Shown: positions 53,190 to 62,607, counted from the stretch's first letter. The stretch is DNA of 64,000 nucleotides from Myxococcota bacterium (GCA_965228475.1 OZ245817.1:1888001-1952000); one strand, 5' to 3'. The notes: generated by a model from the letters alone, not told the origin. A program made the numbers and translations.

Positions 53190-55616
53190 TTGCATCGCAT
53201 TCGCGGGCTGCTTCCCGCCCTGGCCGTGGGCCACGCGGCCGGAATCCTGTGGGCCGACCGCCTGTGGTCGGAGGCGCCGGTCGGCTCCGGGGCCGTCCGG
53301 CTGCGTCTCGCGAGCTGGCTTCTGCTCGGTCTCGCGGCATGGCTTCGCCCGCCGGCCGCGCGGGCTCTCGTCGCGGGGTTCGCCGCGGTCTTCGTCGGCG
53401 CATCGGCCCACGCCGTCCGGTTCGCCGCCGCGGACGCCGCGCCCTCTCGCGCGACGGCCACGAGCTACGAGGGCGTCGTCGCGCGGGTGGAGGGGCGCAC
53501 GCGCATCCTGCGCGCGCTGCGGGACGCCGAAGGCCATCGCGCACTCCCGCAGCGCGTCGCGCTCGTGCTCGGCGAAGAGGACGGCCCGCTCGCAGACGCC
53601 CATGCGGGCGAGCGCTGGCGGCTCCACGGCGTGCTGCGGCCGCTCGCCGGGCTGCGCAACCCGGGAGGCTTCGATGGGGATCGCCGCTGGCGTCGGCGAG
53701 GCGTCGGCGCGCGCCTGCGGGTTTCGCACCGCGAGCTGGCCGTCCGTGTGGGCGGCGAAGGGGAGGGGCCGATTCGGCGCCTCTCCCGCTGGAGGCGCGA
53801 GCGCATCGAACGCGTTCATGGTCTGGGCGCCGGCGGCGCACTCCTCGCCGCTCTGTCGCTCGGCGACCGGGCCGGCCTCGCGCGCGAAGATCGCGAACGT
53901 TTCGCGGCCCTCGGCCTGGCCCACCTGCTCGCCGTGTCCGGGCTGCATCTCACGCTCGCGTTCGGCCTGGTCTTCACGGGCTCGCGCTGGCTCTTCTCCC
54001 GGTCTGCGGCGCTCTGCGCGCGCGGCGATGCCCGGCGTCCGGCGCTCGCGACGGCTCTCGTCGCGACTTCGGTCTATGCACTCCTCACCGGGCCGGCGAT
54101 CCCGGTCCAGCGAGCGTGGATCCTGCTCGCGGCGCTGGGGCTGGCGTGGGGGTCGGGGCGGCCCCGCCAGCGGTTTCACCCGCTGGCGCTCGCGAGTCTC
54201 TGGATCCTCGGCCGCGACCCGGCCGCGCTCTTCGATGCCGGTTTCCAGCTCTCCTTCGCGGCCACCGCCGGCCTGGTCGCCGCGGGGCTTCCGGAGCCTG
54301 GCCCCGAAGAGGGCCGGACGCGTCGCTGGCTCCGGAGCCTCGCTCACGCTTCCACCCTCGCGATCCTGGCGACGGCTCCGCTCGCGGCCTGGCACTTCGG
54401 GCAGGTGGCTCCCGTCGGGGTTCTCGCGAACCTCGTCGCGGTTCCGTGGACCGCCTTCGTTCTGCTTCCCGTCTCCGGGCTCGCCTGTCTCGCGACGGGC
54501 TTCGAAGGGCCGGTGGGGACGGCGCTCGCGAGCGCGGCGGAGCGTCTCGCGGCAGCCTCCCTGGCCGCGGTCTCGCTCGGGTCCGCGCGTCTTCCCGTCC
54601 TCGACGCGGTGGCGCGCCCGGCCGCTGCGGTCCTTCCGGCGGCACTGGCCTTCGCCGGTCTCGCGGTCCGTGTGACGCGGCTCCGCATGCGGATCGCGCT
54701 CCTGGCGGCGCAGTCCCTGCTGCTCGCACTCGGGCCGTCGTCTGCCGTCGCGCCGCCGCCACCCCGCGTCGTGTTCTTCGACGTCGGCCAGGGCGACGCT
54801 GCCCTCGTTCAAGGCCGGCGAGCCGCGCTGCTCGTGGACGCGGGCACGGCGATCGAGACGGAGCGGGGCGGCTTCGACGCGGGCCGCTCCGTCGTCGTCC
54901 CGGCGCTCCGCGCCCTCGGTGTGGCGCGGCTCGAACGCATCGTCGTCAGCCACGGTGACCTCGACCACGCCGGCGGCGTCGCGAGCGTGCTCGCGCGCGT
55001 GCCCGCCGGAGCGGTCTGGGTTCCGCGGGGTGCGCGGACCGACCCGGGCTTCGATGCGCTGCGCGAGGCCGCGGCGCGCCGGGGAGTCGCGGTCGAGGAG
55101 CGGGGGCGGGGCGATCCGCCCGAGACCCTGGGAGACCTGCACGTCGAGTTCCTCTGGCCGCCCGCCGGTGGCCTCGGCCGGAACGACGGATCGCTGGTCC
55201 TGCGCGTGACGCTCGCGGGGACGCGTCTGCTCCTGCCGGGCGACATCGAGGCCCATGCCGAGCAGCGGCTGCTCGCGAGCGGCGCACCGCTCGCCGCGGA
55301 GTGGTTGAAACTTCCGCATCACGGGAGCCGGACCTCGAGTACGGCCGCGTGGCTGGCCGCCGTCGGACCCGTCCTCGCCGTCGCCTCGGCGCCCTGCAAT
55401 GGCCGCTTCGAGATGCCGCACCCGGACGTTCGCCAGCGTCTCGCCGCGGCCGGGGTCCGCCTGCTCTGGACCGGGCGGGACGGAGCCGTGCTCGCAGGGG
55501 CCGGCCCGGGGCGTTCCGAGGTCCGGACCTGGGGGGCTCCCCGGCCGGACTGCGGGGCTCCGCGAGTCCGCAGGTACGGGCCTCGGGTGCCTGTTTTCCC
55601 AGGGGAAAGTCGTTAA
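53190..55616 (+). CDS. comEC: DNA internalization competence protein ComEC/Rec2
   Basis: RNPGGFD, GLAHLLAVSGLHL, GFQLSF, FFDVGQGDA, SHGDLDHAGG, LPGDIE, KLPHHGSRTSS. Confidence 0.92.
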   Translation: MHRIRGLLPALAVGHAAGILWADRLWSEAPVGSGAVRLRLASWLLLGLAAWLRPPAARALVAGFAAVFVGASAHAVRFAAADAAPSRATATSYEGVVARVEGRTRILRALRDAEGHRALPQRVALVLGEEDGPLADAHAGERWRLHGVLRPLAGLRNPGGFDGDRRWRRRGVGARLRVSHRELAVRVGGEGEGPIRRLSRWRRERIERVHGLGAGGALLAALSLGDRAGLAREDRERFAALGLAHLLAVSGLHLTLAFGLVFTGSRWLFSRSAALCARGDARRPALATALVATSVYALLTGPAIPVQRAWILLAALGLAWGSGRPRQRFHPLALASLWILGRDPAALFDAGFQLSFAATAGLVAAGLPEPGPEEGRTRRWLRSLAHASTLAILATAPLAAWHFGQVAPVGVLANLVAVPWTAFVLLPVSGLACLATGFEGPVGTALASAAERLAAASLAAVSLGSARLPVLDAVARPAAAVLPAALAFAGLAVRVTRLRMRIALLAAQSLLLALGPSSAVAPPPPRVVFFDVGQGDAALVQGRRAALLVDAGTAIETERGGFDAGRSVVVPALRALGVARLERIVVSHGDLDHAGGVASVLARVPAGAVWVPRGARTDPGFDALREAAARRGVAVEERGRGDPPETLGDLHVEFLWPPAGGLGRNDGSLVLRVTLAGTRLLLPGDIEAHAEQRLLASGAPLAAEWLKLPHHGSRTSSTAAWLAAVGPVLAVASAPCNGRFEMPHPDVRQRLAAAGVRLLWTGRDGAVLAGAGPGRSEVRTWGAPRPDCGAPRVRRYGPRVPVFPGESR

Positions 55617-55701
55617 CTTGCGCCTCTGGCCGGGCCCATCCCGGCCGGACGGGTTCGGCGCCGGGGGTCCGGCGCCGGCCAGTGAAACTTGGGGGGTTAC
55701 C

Positions 55702-56043
55702 GTGAAGAATCGATCGAAGTTCGTCTCGGCTCTGGCGGTCGTGGCATTCGCCGCGACGTTGGGCGTTTCCGGCCAGGCCGAAGCCCAGGACGCCATGACC
55801 AAGTTCAAGCGCGGCCTCGGAAGCACCGTGTTCGGCGTGCTCGAGGTCCCGGGGACCATCGTCGAAGAGGCGAAGGCCTCGAACCCCGTCCAGGGTCTGA
55901 TCGTGGGCCTGGTGAAGGGGACGTATCGCTTCGCGCGCCGCGAGGTCGTGGGCGTCTACGAGATCCTGACCGCGCCGATCGCCATTCCGGACGGCTACGA
56001 GAAGATCGTCGAGCCGGAGCATCCCTGGCAGTACTTCGAGTAG
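55702..56043 (+). CDS. Exosortase system-associated protein (TIGR04073-like)
   Basis: Signal peptide, then KFKRGLGSTVFGVLEVP...GLVKG...REVVGVYEILTAP...IVEPE pattern. Confidence 0.75.
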   Translation: MKNRSKFVSALAVVAFAATLGVSGQAEAQDAMTKFKRGLGSTVFGVLEVPGTIVEEAKASNPVQGLIVGLVKGTYRFARREVVGVYEILTAPIAIPDGYEKIVEPEHPWQYFE

Positions 56044-56062
56044 GTCCGGGATTCCTGCCGCC

Positions 56063-56100
56063 GGGGCGTCCCCGGGCCTGCACGGGCTCGGGGACGCCCC
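56063..56100 (+). terminator. Long GC-rich hairpin downstream of the TIGR04073-like gene (possible terminator or mRNA stabiliser; no U-tract)
   Basis: GGGGCGTCCCCGGGCC / GGCTCGGGGACGCCCC 16-bp stem with one G:U pair and a 6-nt loop. Confidence 0.5.
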
Positions 56101-56197
56101 CGGCATCGCGCTCGCGTTTCCGGCGCACGCACCGCCGTCGATTCCGCCTGAGCGCGCCAGGCCGCTCCGCTCCGCGAGCCGCCGCTAGACTCGCCGC

Positions 56198-58105
56198 ATG
56201 AAACCTCTTCCCTTCGGAAGTTGGCCCTCCCGCCTCTCCGCCTCCGCCGCCGCGGCCTCGGGCGTTCGGATTTCTCAGGCCCGCGTACACGGCGGGCGGA
56301 TCCATTGGGTGGAAGGAAGGCCGGCCGAGGGCGGAAGGCAGGTGATCTGCCGCGCCGCCGCCGGCGAGCCGGTGGAAGACCTCCTCCCGCCGGACGTGTC
56401 GGCGCGAGCCCGCGTCCACGAGTACGGCGGCGGCGACTACACGGTGGGGGGCGCCGGCGTCTTCTTCGTCTCGAGCGAGGGGGGCATCTGGCGCGCGCCC
56501 GAGGACGGGTCGCCCGCGCCGGTCGCCGGGACGGCCGCGGATGCGGCGTATGCGGACCTGGCCGTCTCCCCGGGAGGGCGATGGCTCGTCGCCGTCGAGG
56601 AGCGGACCACGGACGGGGAGACGAAGAACCGCCTGATGGCGTTCCCGCTCGCCGGTGGAACGCCCGTCGCCTTCGCCTCGCGTCACGACTTCGTGAGCTC
56701 GCCGTGCTTCTCGCCCGACGGCAGCCGGCTCGCCTACCTGTGCTGGGACCATCCGGACATGCCCTGGGATGCGACGGAGCTCCGCGAGCTGCCCTTCGGC
56801 CCGGAGGGCCCGGCCGGGCCGGCGCGCCGGGTCGCCGGCGGAGGCGAGGAGTCGATCTTCCAGCCCGGCTACTCGCCCGCGGGGCGGCTGACCTTCGTCT
56901 CGGACCGCGACGGCTTCTGGAATCTCCATCAGGAGCGTGAGGGAGCGGTCCGCAACCTCTGCCCGCGGGAATCGGAGTTCGGCGTCCCGCAGTGGGTCTT
57001 CGGCATGACGACCTGGGCCTTCCTGGGCGAAGACGCGATCGTCTGCGCGGTGCGGGACGACGGGAAGGCCTCGGTCGCGCACCTCGATCTCGTCTCGGGA
57101 GCCCTGCGCGATCTCGGCCTGCCTCTGTGCGAGGTGACGAGCGTGTCCGCGGACGGGGGCCGCGTCGCGTTGATCGGCTCGGCGCCCGAAGTCGCCGAGA
57201 ACGTGCTCGAGCTGCGCCTCTCGGACGGGCTTCTGACGCCGGTCCGCTCCGCCTCGGAGCTGCCTTTCCCGACGGAGGGGGTCTCGCGCGGTGAAGCCGC
57301 GTGGTTCGAGACCGCGGGTGGCGAGCGCGCCCACGCCTTCTTCTACGCGCCGTGCAACGAGGCCGTCGAGGGGCCGGCGGGGGAGGCGCCCCCGGCGCTG
57401 GTCCGGATCCACGGCGGGCCGACGGGTGCGGCGTCGGCGGGTCTCGACCTCGGCATCCAGTACTGGACCCAGCGCGGCTTCGCCGTGGTCGACGTGAACC
57501 ACCGCGGAAGCACCGGCTTCGGGCGGGCCTATCGCAACCGCCTCCGCGGGGAATGGGGCGTGGTCGACGTCGAAGATTGCCTCGCTGCGGCGCGCGCACT
57601 GGCCGGCCGCGGCGGCGCGGATCCGGCGCGCCTCGTCATCCGCGGCGGGTCCGCGGGCGGATTCACCGTGCTCTCGGCCCTGGCCTTCCACGAGGGATTC
57701 GCAGCGGGCTGCAGCCGCTACGGCGTCGCGGACTTGGCCGCCCTCGCCGCGGACACGCACAAGTTCGAGTCGCGCTATCTCGACCGGCTGGTCGCTCCCT
57801 GGCCGGAAGGGCGCGACGTCTATCGACGCCGCTCGCCGCTCTTCCACCTCGAGGGTCTCTCCGCGCCCGTGATCTTCTTCCAGGGCACGGAAGACCGCGT
57901 CGTCCCGCCCTCCCAGACCGAGCGCATGGTGGAAGCGCTCGCCGAACGCGGAACGCCCCACGCGTACGTCTCCTTCGAGGGCGAAGGTCACGGGTTCCGG
58001 AGGGCCGAGACGGTGGTGACCTGCCTCGAAGCCGAACACTGGTTCTACGGCGAAGTGCTCGGGTTCGATGCGGGCCCCGCGCCGGAGGGCGTCCGGCTCC
58101 GCTGA
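56198..58105 (+). CDS. S9 family (prolyl oligopeptidase / dipeptidyl aminopeptidase-like) peptidase
   Basis: RVHEYGGG, WDHPDMPW, HGGPT, GGSAGG (nucleophile Ser), QGTEDRVVP (Asp), GEGHGFR (His). Confidence 0.92.
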   Translation: MKPLPFGSWPSRLSASAAAASGVRISQARVHGGRIHWVEGRPAEGGRQVICRAAAGEPVEDLLPPDVSARARVHEYGGGDYTVGGAGVFFVSSEGGIWRAPEDGSPAPVAGTAADAAYADLAVSPGGRWLVAVEERTTDGETKNRLMAFPLAGGTPVAFASRHDFVSSPCFSPDGSRLAYLCWDHPDMPWDATELRELPFGPEGPAGPARRVAGGGEESIFQPGYSPAGRLTFVSDRDGFWNLHQEREGAVRNLCPRESEFGVPQWVFGMTTWAFLGEDAIVCAVRDDGKASVAHLDLVSGALRDLGLPLCEVTSVSADGGRVALIGSAPEVAENVLELRLSDGLLTPVRSASELPFPTEGVSRGEAAWFETAGGERAHAFFYAPCNEAVEGPAGEAPPALVRIHGGPTGAASAGLDLGIQYWTQRGFAVVDVNHRGSTGFGRAYRNRLRGEWGVVDVEDCLAAARALAGRGGADPARLVIRGGSAGGFTVLSALAFHEGFAAGCSRYGVADLAALAADTHKFESRYLDRLVAPWPEGRDVYRRRSPLFHLEGLSAPVIFFQGTEDRVVPPSQTERMVEALAERGTPHAYVSFEGEGHGFRRAETVVTCLEAEHWFYGEVLGFDAGPAPEGVRLR

Positions 58106-58185
58106 GGTCTGCCGGAAGGGCCGGGCCGCCGGTCCCCATCCGCGCGGCGGGCCGCGGGAGCCGTTGTGATAGCATCCGCCGCGCC

Positions 58186-59268
58186 ATGGCCGACGAGGAC
58201 GCCCCCCAGCCCGCTCCCGAGACCATCGACGTCCGCAGCGACGAACGCTTCGACGAAGCGCGCGTCGCCGAATACCTCCGCGACAAGCTCCCCGACGGTG
58301 ACAAGCCCCTCGAGGTGCGCCAGTTCGGCGGGGGGCACGCGAACCTCACCTACCTCCTGCGCTACGGCGAAGGCGACGCCGTCCGCGAGTACGTCCTGCG
58401 CCGCCCGCCGCTCGGCCCCGTCGCACCGGGCTCCCACGACATGGTCCGGGAATACAACGCGCTCTCGAAGCTCTGGAAGGGCTTCCCGAAGGCCCCGCGA
58501 GCCTTCTGCCTGTGCGAGGACGACGCGCTGATCGGCGCGCCGTTCTTCGTGATGGAGCGCCGCGAAGGCGTCGTCGTGCGCGGCGTCGTGCCGCCGGAGT
58601 TCGGTTCCGGCAAGGACCCGGCCGCGAACCGCGCGCTCTCCGAGGTGGTCGTCGACGTGCTCGCCGAGTACCACGCCGTCGATCCCGAACCGATCGGGCT
58701 CGGCGACATCGGACGCCCGGAGGGCTTCCTCGAACGCCAGGTGAAGGGCTGGGCCGGACGCTTCGAGCGCGCGCGGACGGAGGAGATCGCGATCGCGGAA
58801 GAGGTTCGCACCTGGCTGCTCGAGAACCGGCCCGAATCTCCGGCGCCGACCCTGCTCCACAACGACTGGCGGCTCGACAACATGGCCGTCGCGCCGGACG
58901 ACCCGAGCCGCTGCGTCGCCGTCTACGACTGGGACATGTGCACGCTCGGCGACCCGCTCTGCGATCTCGGCACGGTGCTCGGGATCTGGAGCGATGCCGA
59001 CGACGAGATCGACGTGGTGTCCGCCATGCCGACCCACCTCCCGGGTTTCATCGGCCGCAACGAAGCGGCCGAGCGCTACGGCGAGAAGAGCGGGCGCGAC
59101 CTTTCCACCCTCGACTACTACATCGTCTTCGGCGCCTTCAAGATGGCCGTCGTGCTCCAGCAGATCTACTTCCGCTTCGCCAAGGGGCAGACCCAGGATC
59201 AGCGCTTCGCCGGCATGGCCGAGGGCGCCAAGCGCCTGTTCGAGTTCGCGGCCGACCGGCGCCCCTAG
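58186..59268 (+). CDS. Phosphotransferase family protein (APH-like, ACAD10-N type)
   Basis: GGHANLTY, VLRRPP, HDMVRE, LLHNDWRLDN, DWDMCTLGDPLCDLG. Confidence 0.9.
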   Translation: MADEDAPQPAPETIDVRSDERFDEARVAEYLRDKLPDGDKPLEVRQFGGGHANLTYLLRYGEGDAVREYVLRRPPLGPVAPGSHDMVREYNALSKLWKGFPKAPRAFCLCEDDALIGAPFFVMERREGVVVRGVVPPEFGSGKDPAANRALSEVVVDVLAEYHAVDPEPIGLGDIGRPEGFLERQVKGWAGRFERARTEEIAIAEEVRTWLLENRPESPAPTLLHNDWRLDNMAVAPDDPSRCVAVYDWDMCTLGDPLCDLGTVLGIWSDADDEIDVVSAMPTHLPGFIGRNEAAERYGEKSGRDLSTLDYYIVFGAFKMAVVLQQIYFRFAKGQTQDQRFAGMAEGAKRLFEFAADRRP

Positions 59269-59269
59269 C

Positions 59270-60415
59270 TTGCAGCGCGAGCGGCTCGTCACCCCCACGC
59301 TGGCTCTCGCCTTCGCGGCGAACTTCCTCCAGGGCACGGCCTTCAACCTCTTCCTGAATCTCCCGGGCTTCCTGACGGATCTCGGCGCGACCAAGACGGA
59401 GGTCGGCCTGATCTGGGGTGTCACGGCGGCGGCGGCCATCCTTTCGCGACCGACCGTCGGCCGGATCATGGACCGCCGCGGGCGGCGCGTGATCTTCATC
59501 GCCGGGGGCGTGCTCAACGTCGGCGTCTGCGCCGCCTACCTGACCGTGGACGCGATCGGCGCCTGGGTCTCGGTGATCCGCGTGATGCACGGGGTGTCGG
59601 AAGCGATGCTCTTCTCCGGGCTCTTCACCTACGCCGCGGATCTGATCCCGCCCTCCCGGCGCACCGAGGGCATCGCCATTTTCGGCATCTCGGGGCTCCT
59701 GCCGATCTCGGTCGGCGCGGCCATCGGCGAGTGGATCGAAGTGGGCGCGGGCTACGACATGCTCTTCCTCGCGGGCTCCGTCCTCGCGGCCGTGTCTCTG
59801 CTGCTCTCGCTTCCGCTCCGGGACGTCCCGGGCGATCCCGACGCCGAGCCGCCGCGAAGCTTCAGCGCGGCGCTTCGCCAGCCGGACCTGCGGCCACTGT
59901 GGATCGCGACGGGGGTCTTCGCGACGGCCCTCGCGGCCCCCTTCACCTTCATGAAGCCCTTCGTGATGGAGAGCGGCATCGGATCGATGGCGGCGTTCTT
60001 CAACGCCTACTCGATCTCCGGGGTGGTCCTGCGGCTGCTCTTGAGCGGCCTGCCGGACCGCATCGGCGCGAAGCGGGCGCTCTTTCCGGCCATGGCCTGC
60101 CTCCTGCTCGGCTTCGTCCTGCTCGTGCGGGCCGACGGCAGCGGCGACCTGATCGGCGCCGGCATCGCCTGCGGCCTCGGGCACGGCATGACCTTCCCGA
60201 TCCTGATGGGCCTGGTCGTCTCCCGTGCGCGGGACGCGGAGCGTGGCGCGGCGATGGCGACCTTCACCGCGCTCTTCGACGTCGGCATGCTGGTCGGCGG
60301 GCCGCTCTTCGGTGGACTGATCGACGCCCGGGGCTACGCCGCGGCCTTCGCCGCCGGTGGCGCGCTGCTCGCGACTGGCGCGTGCGTCTTCGCGTGGCAG
60401 GATCGGGGCCGATGA
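59270..60415 (+). CDS. MFS transporter
   Basis: GRIMDRRGRR motif A, second repeat LPDRIGAKR, about 12 hydrophobic segments. TTG start. Confidence 0.88.
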   Translation: MQRERLVTPTLALAFAANFLQGTAFNLFLNLPGFLTDLGATKTEVGLIWGVTAAAAILSRPTVGRIMDRRGRRVIFIAGGVLNVGVCAAYLTVDAIGAWVSVIRVMHGVSEAMLFSGLFTYAADLIPPSRRTEGIAIFGISGLLPISVGAAIGEWIEVGAGYDMLFLAGSVLAAVSLLLSLPLRDVPGDPDAEPPRSFSAALRQPDLRPLWIATGVFATALAAPFTFMKPFVMESGIGSMAAFFNAYSISGVVLRLLLSGLPDRIGAKRALFPAMACLLLGFVLLVRADGSGDLIGAGIACGLGHGMTFPILMGLVVSRARDAERGAAMATFTALFDVGMLVGGPLFGGLIDARGYAAAFAAGGALLATGACVFAWQDRGR

Positions 60416-61356
60416 AACGGATCCTGCTCGGCATGGCGTGTGCGGCCTTCCTCGGATGTGCGGAGCCCTGGCAGCCGCCGGGCCTCGAGCCCCATCGTGA
60501 GGCCCTCGCCGCGCTGCCGGACCACCGGCTGCGCGACGCGACGCCGTACCTGCTGCCCGTTCGGGGGGAACTGATCGAGTTCTTCTGCCGCTGGCCGTCG
60601 AACGAGCCGGTGCGCATCGCCTTGCCCGGGGATGCGACACCGGACGAACGACGCGCTCTCGAAGCCGCCGTCGCGGCGTGGCAGGGTCTCGATCTCGGCA
60701 TCGCGCTGGCCGTGGCCGAGCCGGCGGGGCCGGCGGAGATCACGGTCGAGTTCCTCGCACCCGAGAGCACGTCCCGCGCCGAGGGGACGGGCTACACGCT
60801 GGCGGACTGCCGCCTCGAGGAGACCGGCGCCGAGGCGCTTCGCGGCGCGGTGCTCCCCGCCCACCTCGAGCGCGCCCGGATCCGGATCGTCCGCCGGGAG
60901 ACCGACGAATGGGACGCCGCCGACCACGCGTGGTTTGCCGGCGAGGTGGCCGGCGTGGCGCTCCACGAACTCGCCCACGCCCTGGGGTTCCAGGGGCACG
61001 CCCGCTTCGGGGGCGGCATCCTGGCCCAGAGCACCAAGGAGAGTACGAAGGTCGGCCGCGCGCTCCTTGCGGGGGCCGCCTTCGACGAGCCGACGCTCCG
61101 GGCGCTCTACGGGCTCCCGAGCGGCGTGGTCCTCGCGCGCACGCCGATCCCCCACCCGCGGACCGCGGCACTCGACGCGTGGTGGGTGAGAGCGGCGCGC
61201 CAGGAGGGCCCCTTCATCCGCGTCGGCGACCGGACCGGCCGGATCTTCTGGCGCTTCGAAGGAGACAAGGAAGCCGGCGTGACGCTGGCTTCGATCACGA
61301 CGGCACGAAGCAAACCCGAGCGACTCGTCCTGCTGAGCGATCCCCGGCCGCGCTAG
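60412..61356 (+). CDS. Lipoprotein with metzincin-like zinc metallopeptidase motif
   Basis: Lipoprotein signal MKRILLGMACAAFLG-C; zinc motif HELAHALGFQGH. Confidence 0.7.
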   Translation: MKRILLGMACAAFLGCAEPWQPPGLEPHREALAALPDHRLRDATPYLLPVRGELIEFFCRWPSNEPVRIALPGDATPDERRALEAAVAAWQGLDLGIALAVAEPAGPAEITVEFLAPESTSRAEGTGYTLADCRLEETGAEALRGAVLPAHLERARIRIVRRETDEWDAADHAWFAGEVAGVALHELAHALGFQGHARFGGGILAQSTKESTKVGRALLAGAAFDEPTLRALYGLPSGVVLARTPIPHPRTAALDAWWVRAARQEGPFIRVGDRTGRIFWRFEGDKEAGVTLASITTARSKPERLVLLSDPRPR

Positions 61357-61401
61357 GTGCGCCCAGCTGGTCTGATCCAGTGTAGGATGCCGCTCCTGGA
61401 G

Positions 61402-62607
61402 ATGAGCGAATCCAAGCAGACAAAGATCTTGCTTAGCTACCGCCGAGACGACGCCGAAGGCTATGCCGGACGTATCTACGATCGCCTAGTGGCTGAGTTT
61501 GGAGAGAGTCGAGTCTTTATGGACGTCGACGAGATGGCCCCTGGTGCGAACTTCCTTGAGGTCATCGAACGCTCACTTGAGGAGAGCGCCGTCTTCGTGG
61601 CGGTCATCGGTACCAACTGGCGCGGTCCCCTTAGCACGGGAGGTCAGCGGATCGACCAGCCCGGAGACTTCGTCAGGCACGAGGTATCTCGCGCACTGGA
61701 ACGTGAGGATGTACTGGTCGTGCCGGTACTCGTGCGGGGGGCAAGAATGGCCGCGGCCTCCGAGCTTCCGGGCGAGCTTCGGGCTCTTGCCTCCCTGCAC
61801 GCGCACGAGCTGACCCATCCACGCTGGAACTACGATCTCGACCGACTGGTTTCTCGGGTTCGCGAGTCACTGCCGAGCCACGACACCGCGTCTCGGGATC
61901 TGAACTCGGTCCTGAGATCGATGAGGTCAGATTTTCAGTTCCTCACCCGCGTCTTCATGCAGCGGCCCACGCTGACGATCTCTGCTTTCGTGTTGGCGCT
62001 CTGTTGGATATGGCTCTCAGCGACTGGGCCAGTTCTCGCTGAGGCAGGCATCGACGTTCCTGTGGTCCCTCACTCGCTACCAGAGCGGTTCGTTCTGACC
62101 GATCTGACGACGGATGCGGTGAGTCTCCGCGTACAAGGGGTTCGGTCCCATGTCACGGAGCTGCTTCAGAGAAATGATCTCGAATACCCACTGAATCTGA
62201 GTGCGGCGAACCTTGGAGAGAGCTGGTACGAGGTGAACGAGCTACTGGTCAGTCTTCCCGACGGCATCAGGGTCGTCTCTCGGGCTCCGAGCCAGATTCG
62301 AGCGAAGTTTGATCTAAGGTCTCAGCGCTTCGTCCGAGTCAGGCCCGACATAGTCGGCGAACCGGCGCCAGGTTTCATTCTTCAGGAGGTCTCAGTCGTT
62401 CCACCCCGTGTGCGTATTTCTGGAGCTCGGAGTTCGGTCTTGAGAGTGTCCGAAGTATCGACTGAGACGGTCGATCTCGATGGCGTCGCTGCGTCATTCG
62501 AGAAGGAGGTTCGATTCTCCCTCCAAGGCGAGAACATGTGGATCGACGACGCTCAGTCGGCGACGTTGACGGTGACGATACGAAGCGCGCAGCCGGAATC
62601 TAGCTAG
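61402..62607 (+). CDS. TIR domain - transmembrane helix - YbbR/CdaR-like fusion protein (alternative starts 61357, 61387)
   Basis: TIR: ILLSYRRDD, VFMDVDEMAPGANF, FVAVIG..W, DFVRHEV..AL, VVPVLV. TM: TISAFVLALCWIWLS. YbbR-like repeats: DVPVV..LP...VSLRVQG...LNLS...LPDGIRVVSRAPSQI and VRVRPDIVGEPAPGF...VVPPRVRISGA...VSTETVDL. Lower GC than the flanks. Confidence 0.85.
   Translation: MSESKQTKILLSYRRDDAEGYAGRIYDRLVAEFGESRVFMDVDEMAPGANFLEVIERSLEESAVFVAVIGTNWRGPLSTGGQRIDQPGDFVRHEVSRALEREDVLVVPVLVRGARMAAASELPGELRALASLHAHELTHPRWNYDLDRLVSRVRESLPSHDTASRDLNSVLRSMRSDFQFLTRVFMQRPTLTISAFVLALCWIWLSATGPVLAEAGIDVPVVPHSLPERFVLTDLTTDAVSLRVQGVRSHVTELLQRNDLEYPLNLSAANLGESWYEVNELLVSLPDGIRVVSRAPSQIRAKFDLRSQRFVRVRPDIVGEPAPGFILQEVSVVPPRVRISGARSSVLRVSEVSTETVDLDGVAASFEKEVRFSLQGENMWIDDAQSATLTVTIRSAQPESS

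Noticed and set aside
52833..55859. 1008-aa minus-strand ORF, and other long Arg/Pro/Gly-rich alternative-frame ORFs across the window
   Set aside because: They overlap well-supported genes (here comEC) and have the composition typical of off-frame translation of high-GC DNA.
58186..59268. APH-family gene as an antibiotic resistance determinant
   Set aside because: Its motifs match the widespread ACAD10-like housekeeping phosphotransferases; host-like composition and no mobile context.
61357..62607. Assignment of the TIR gene to Thoeris, CBASS or Pycsar
   Set aside because: No ThsA, CD-NTase, cyclase, STING or SAVED partner is present nearby.
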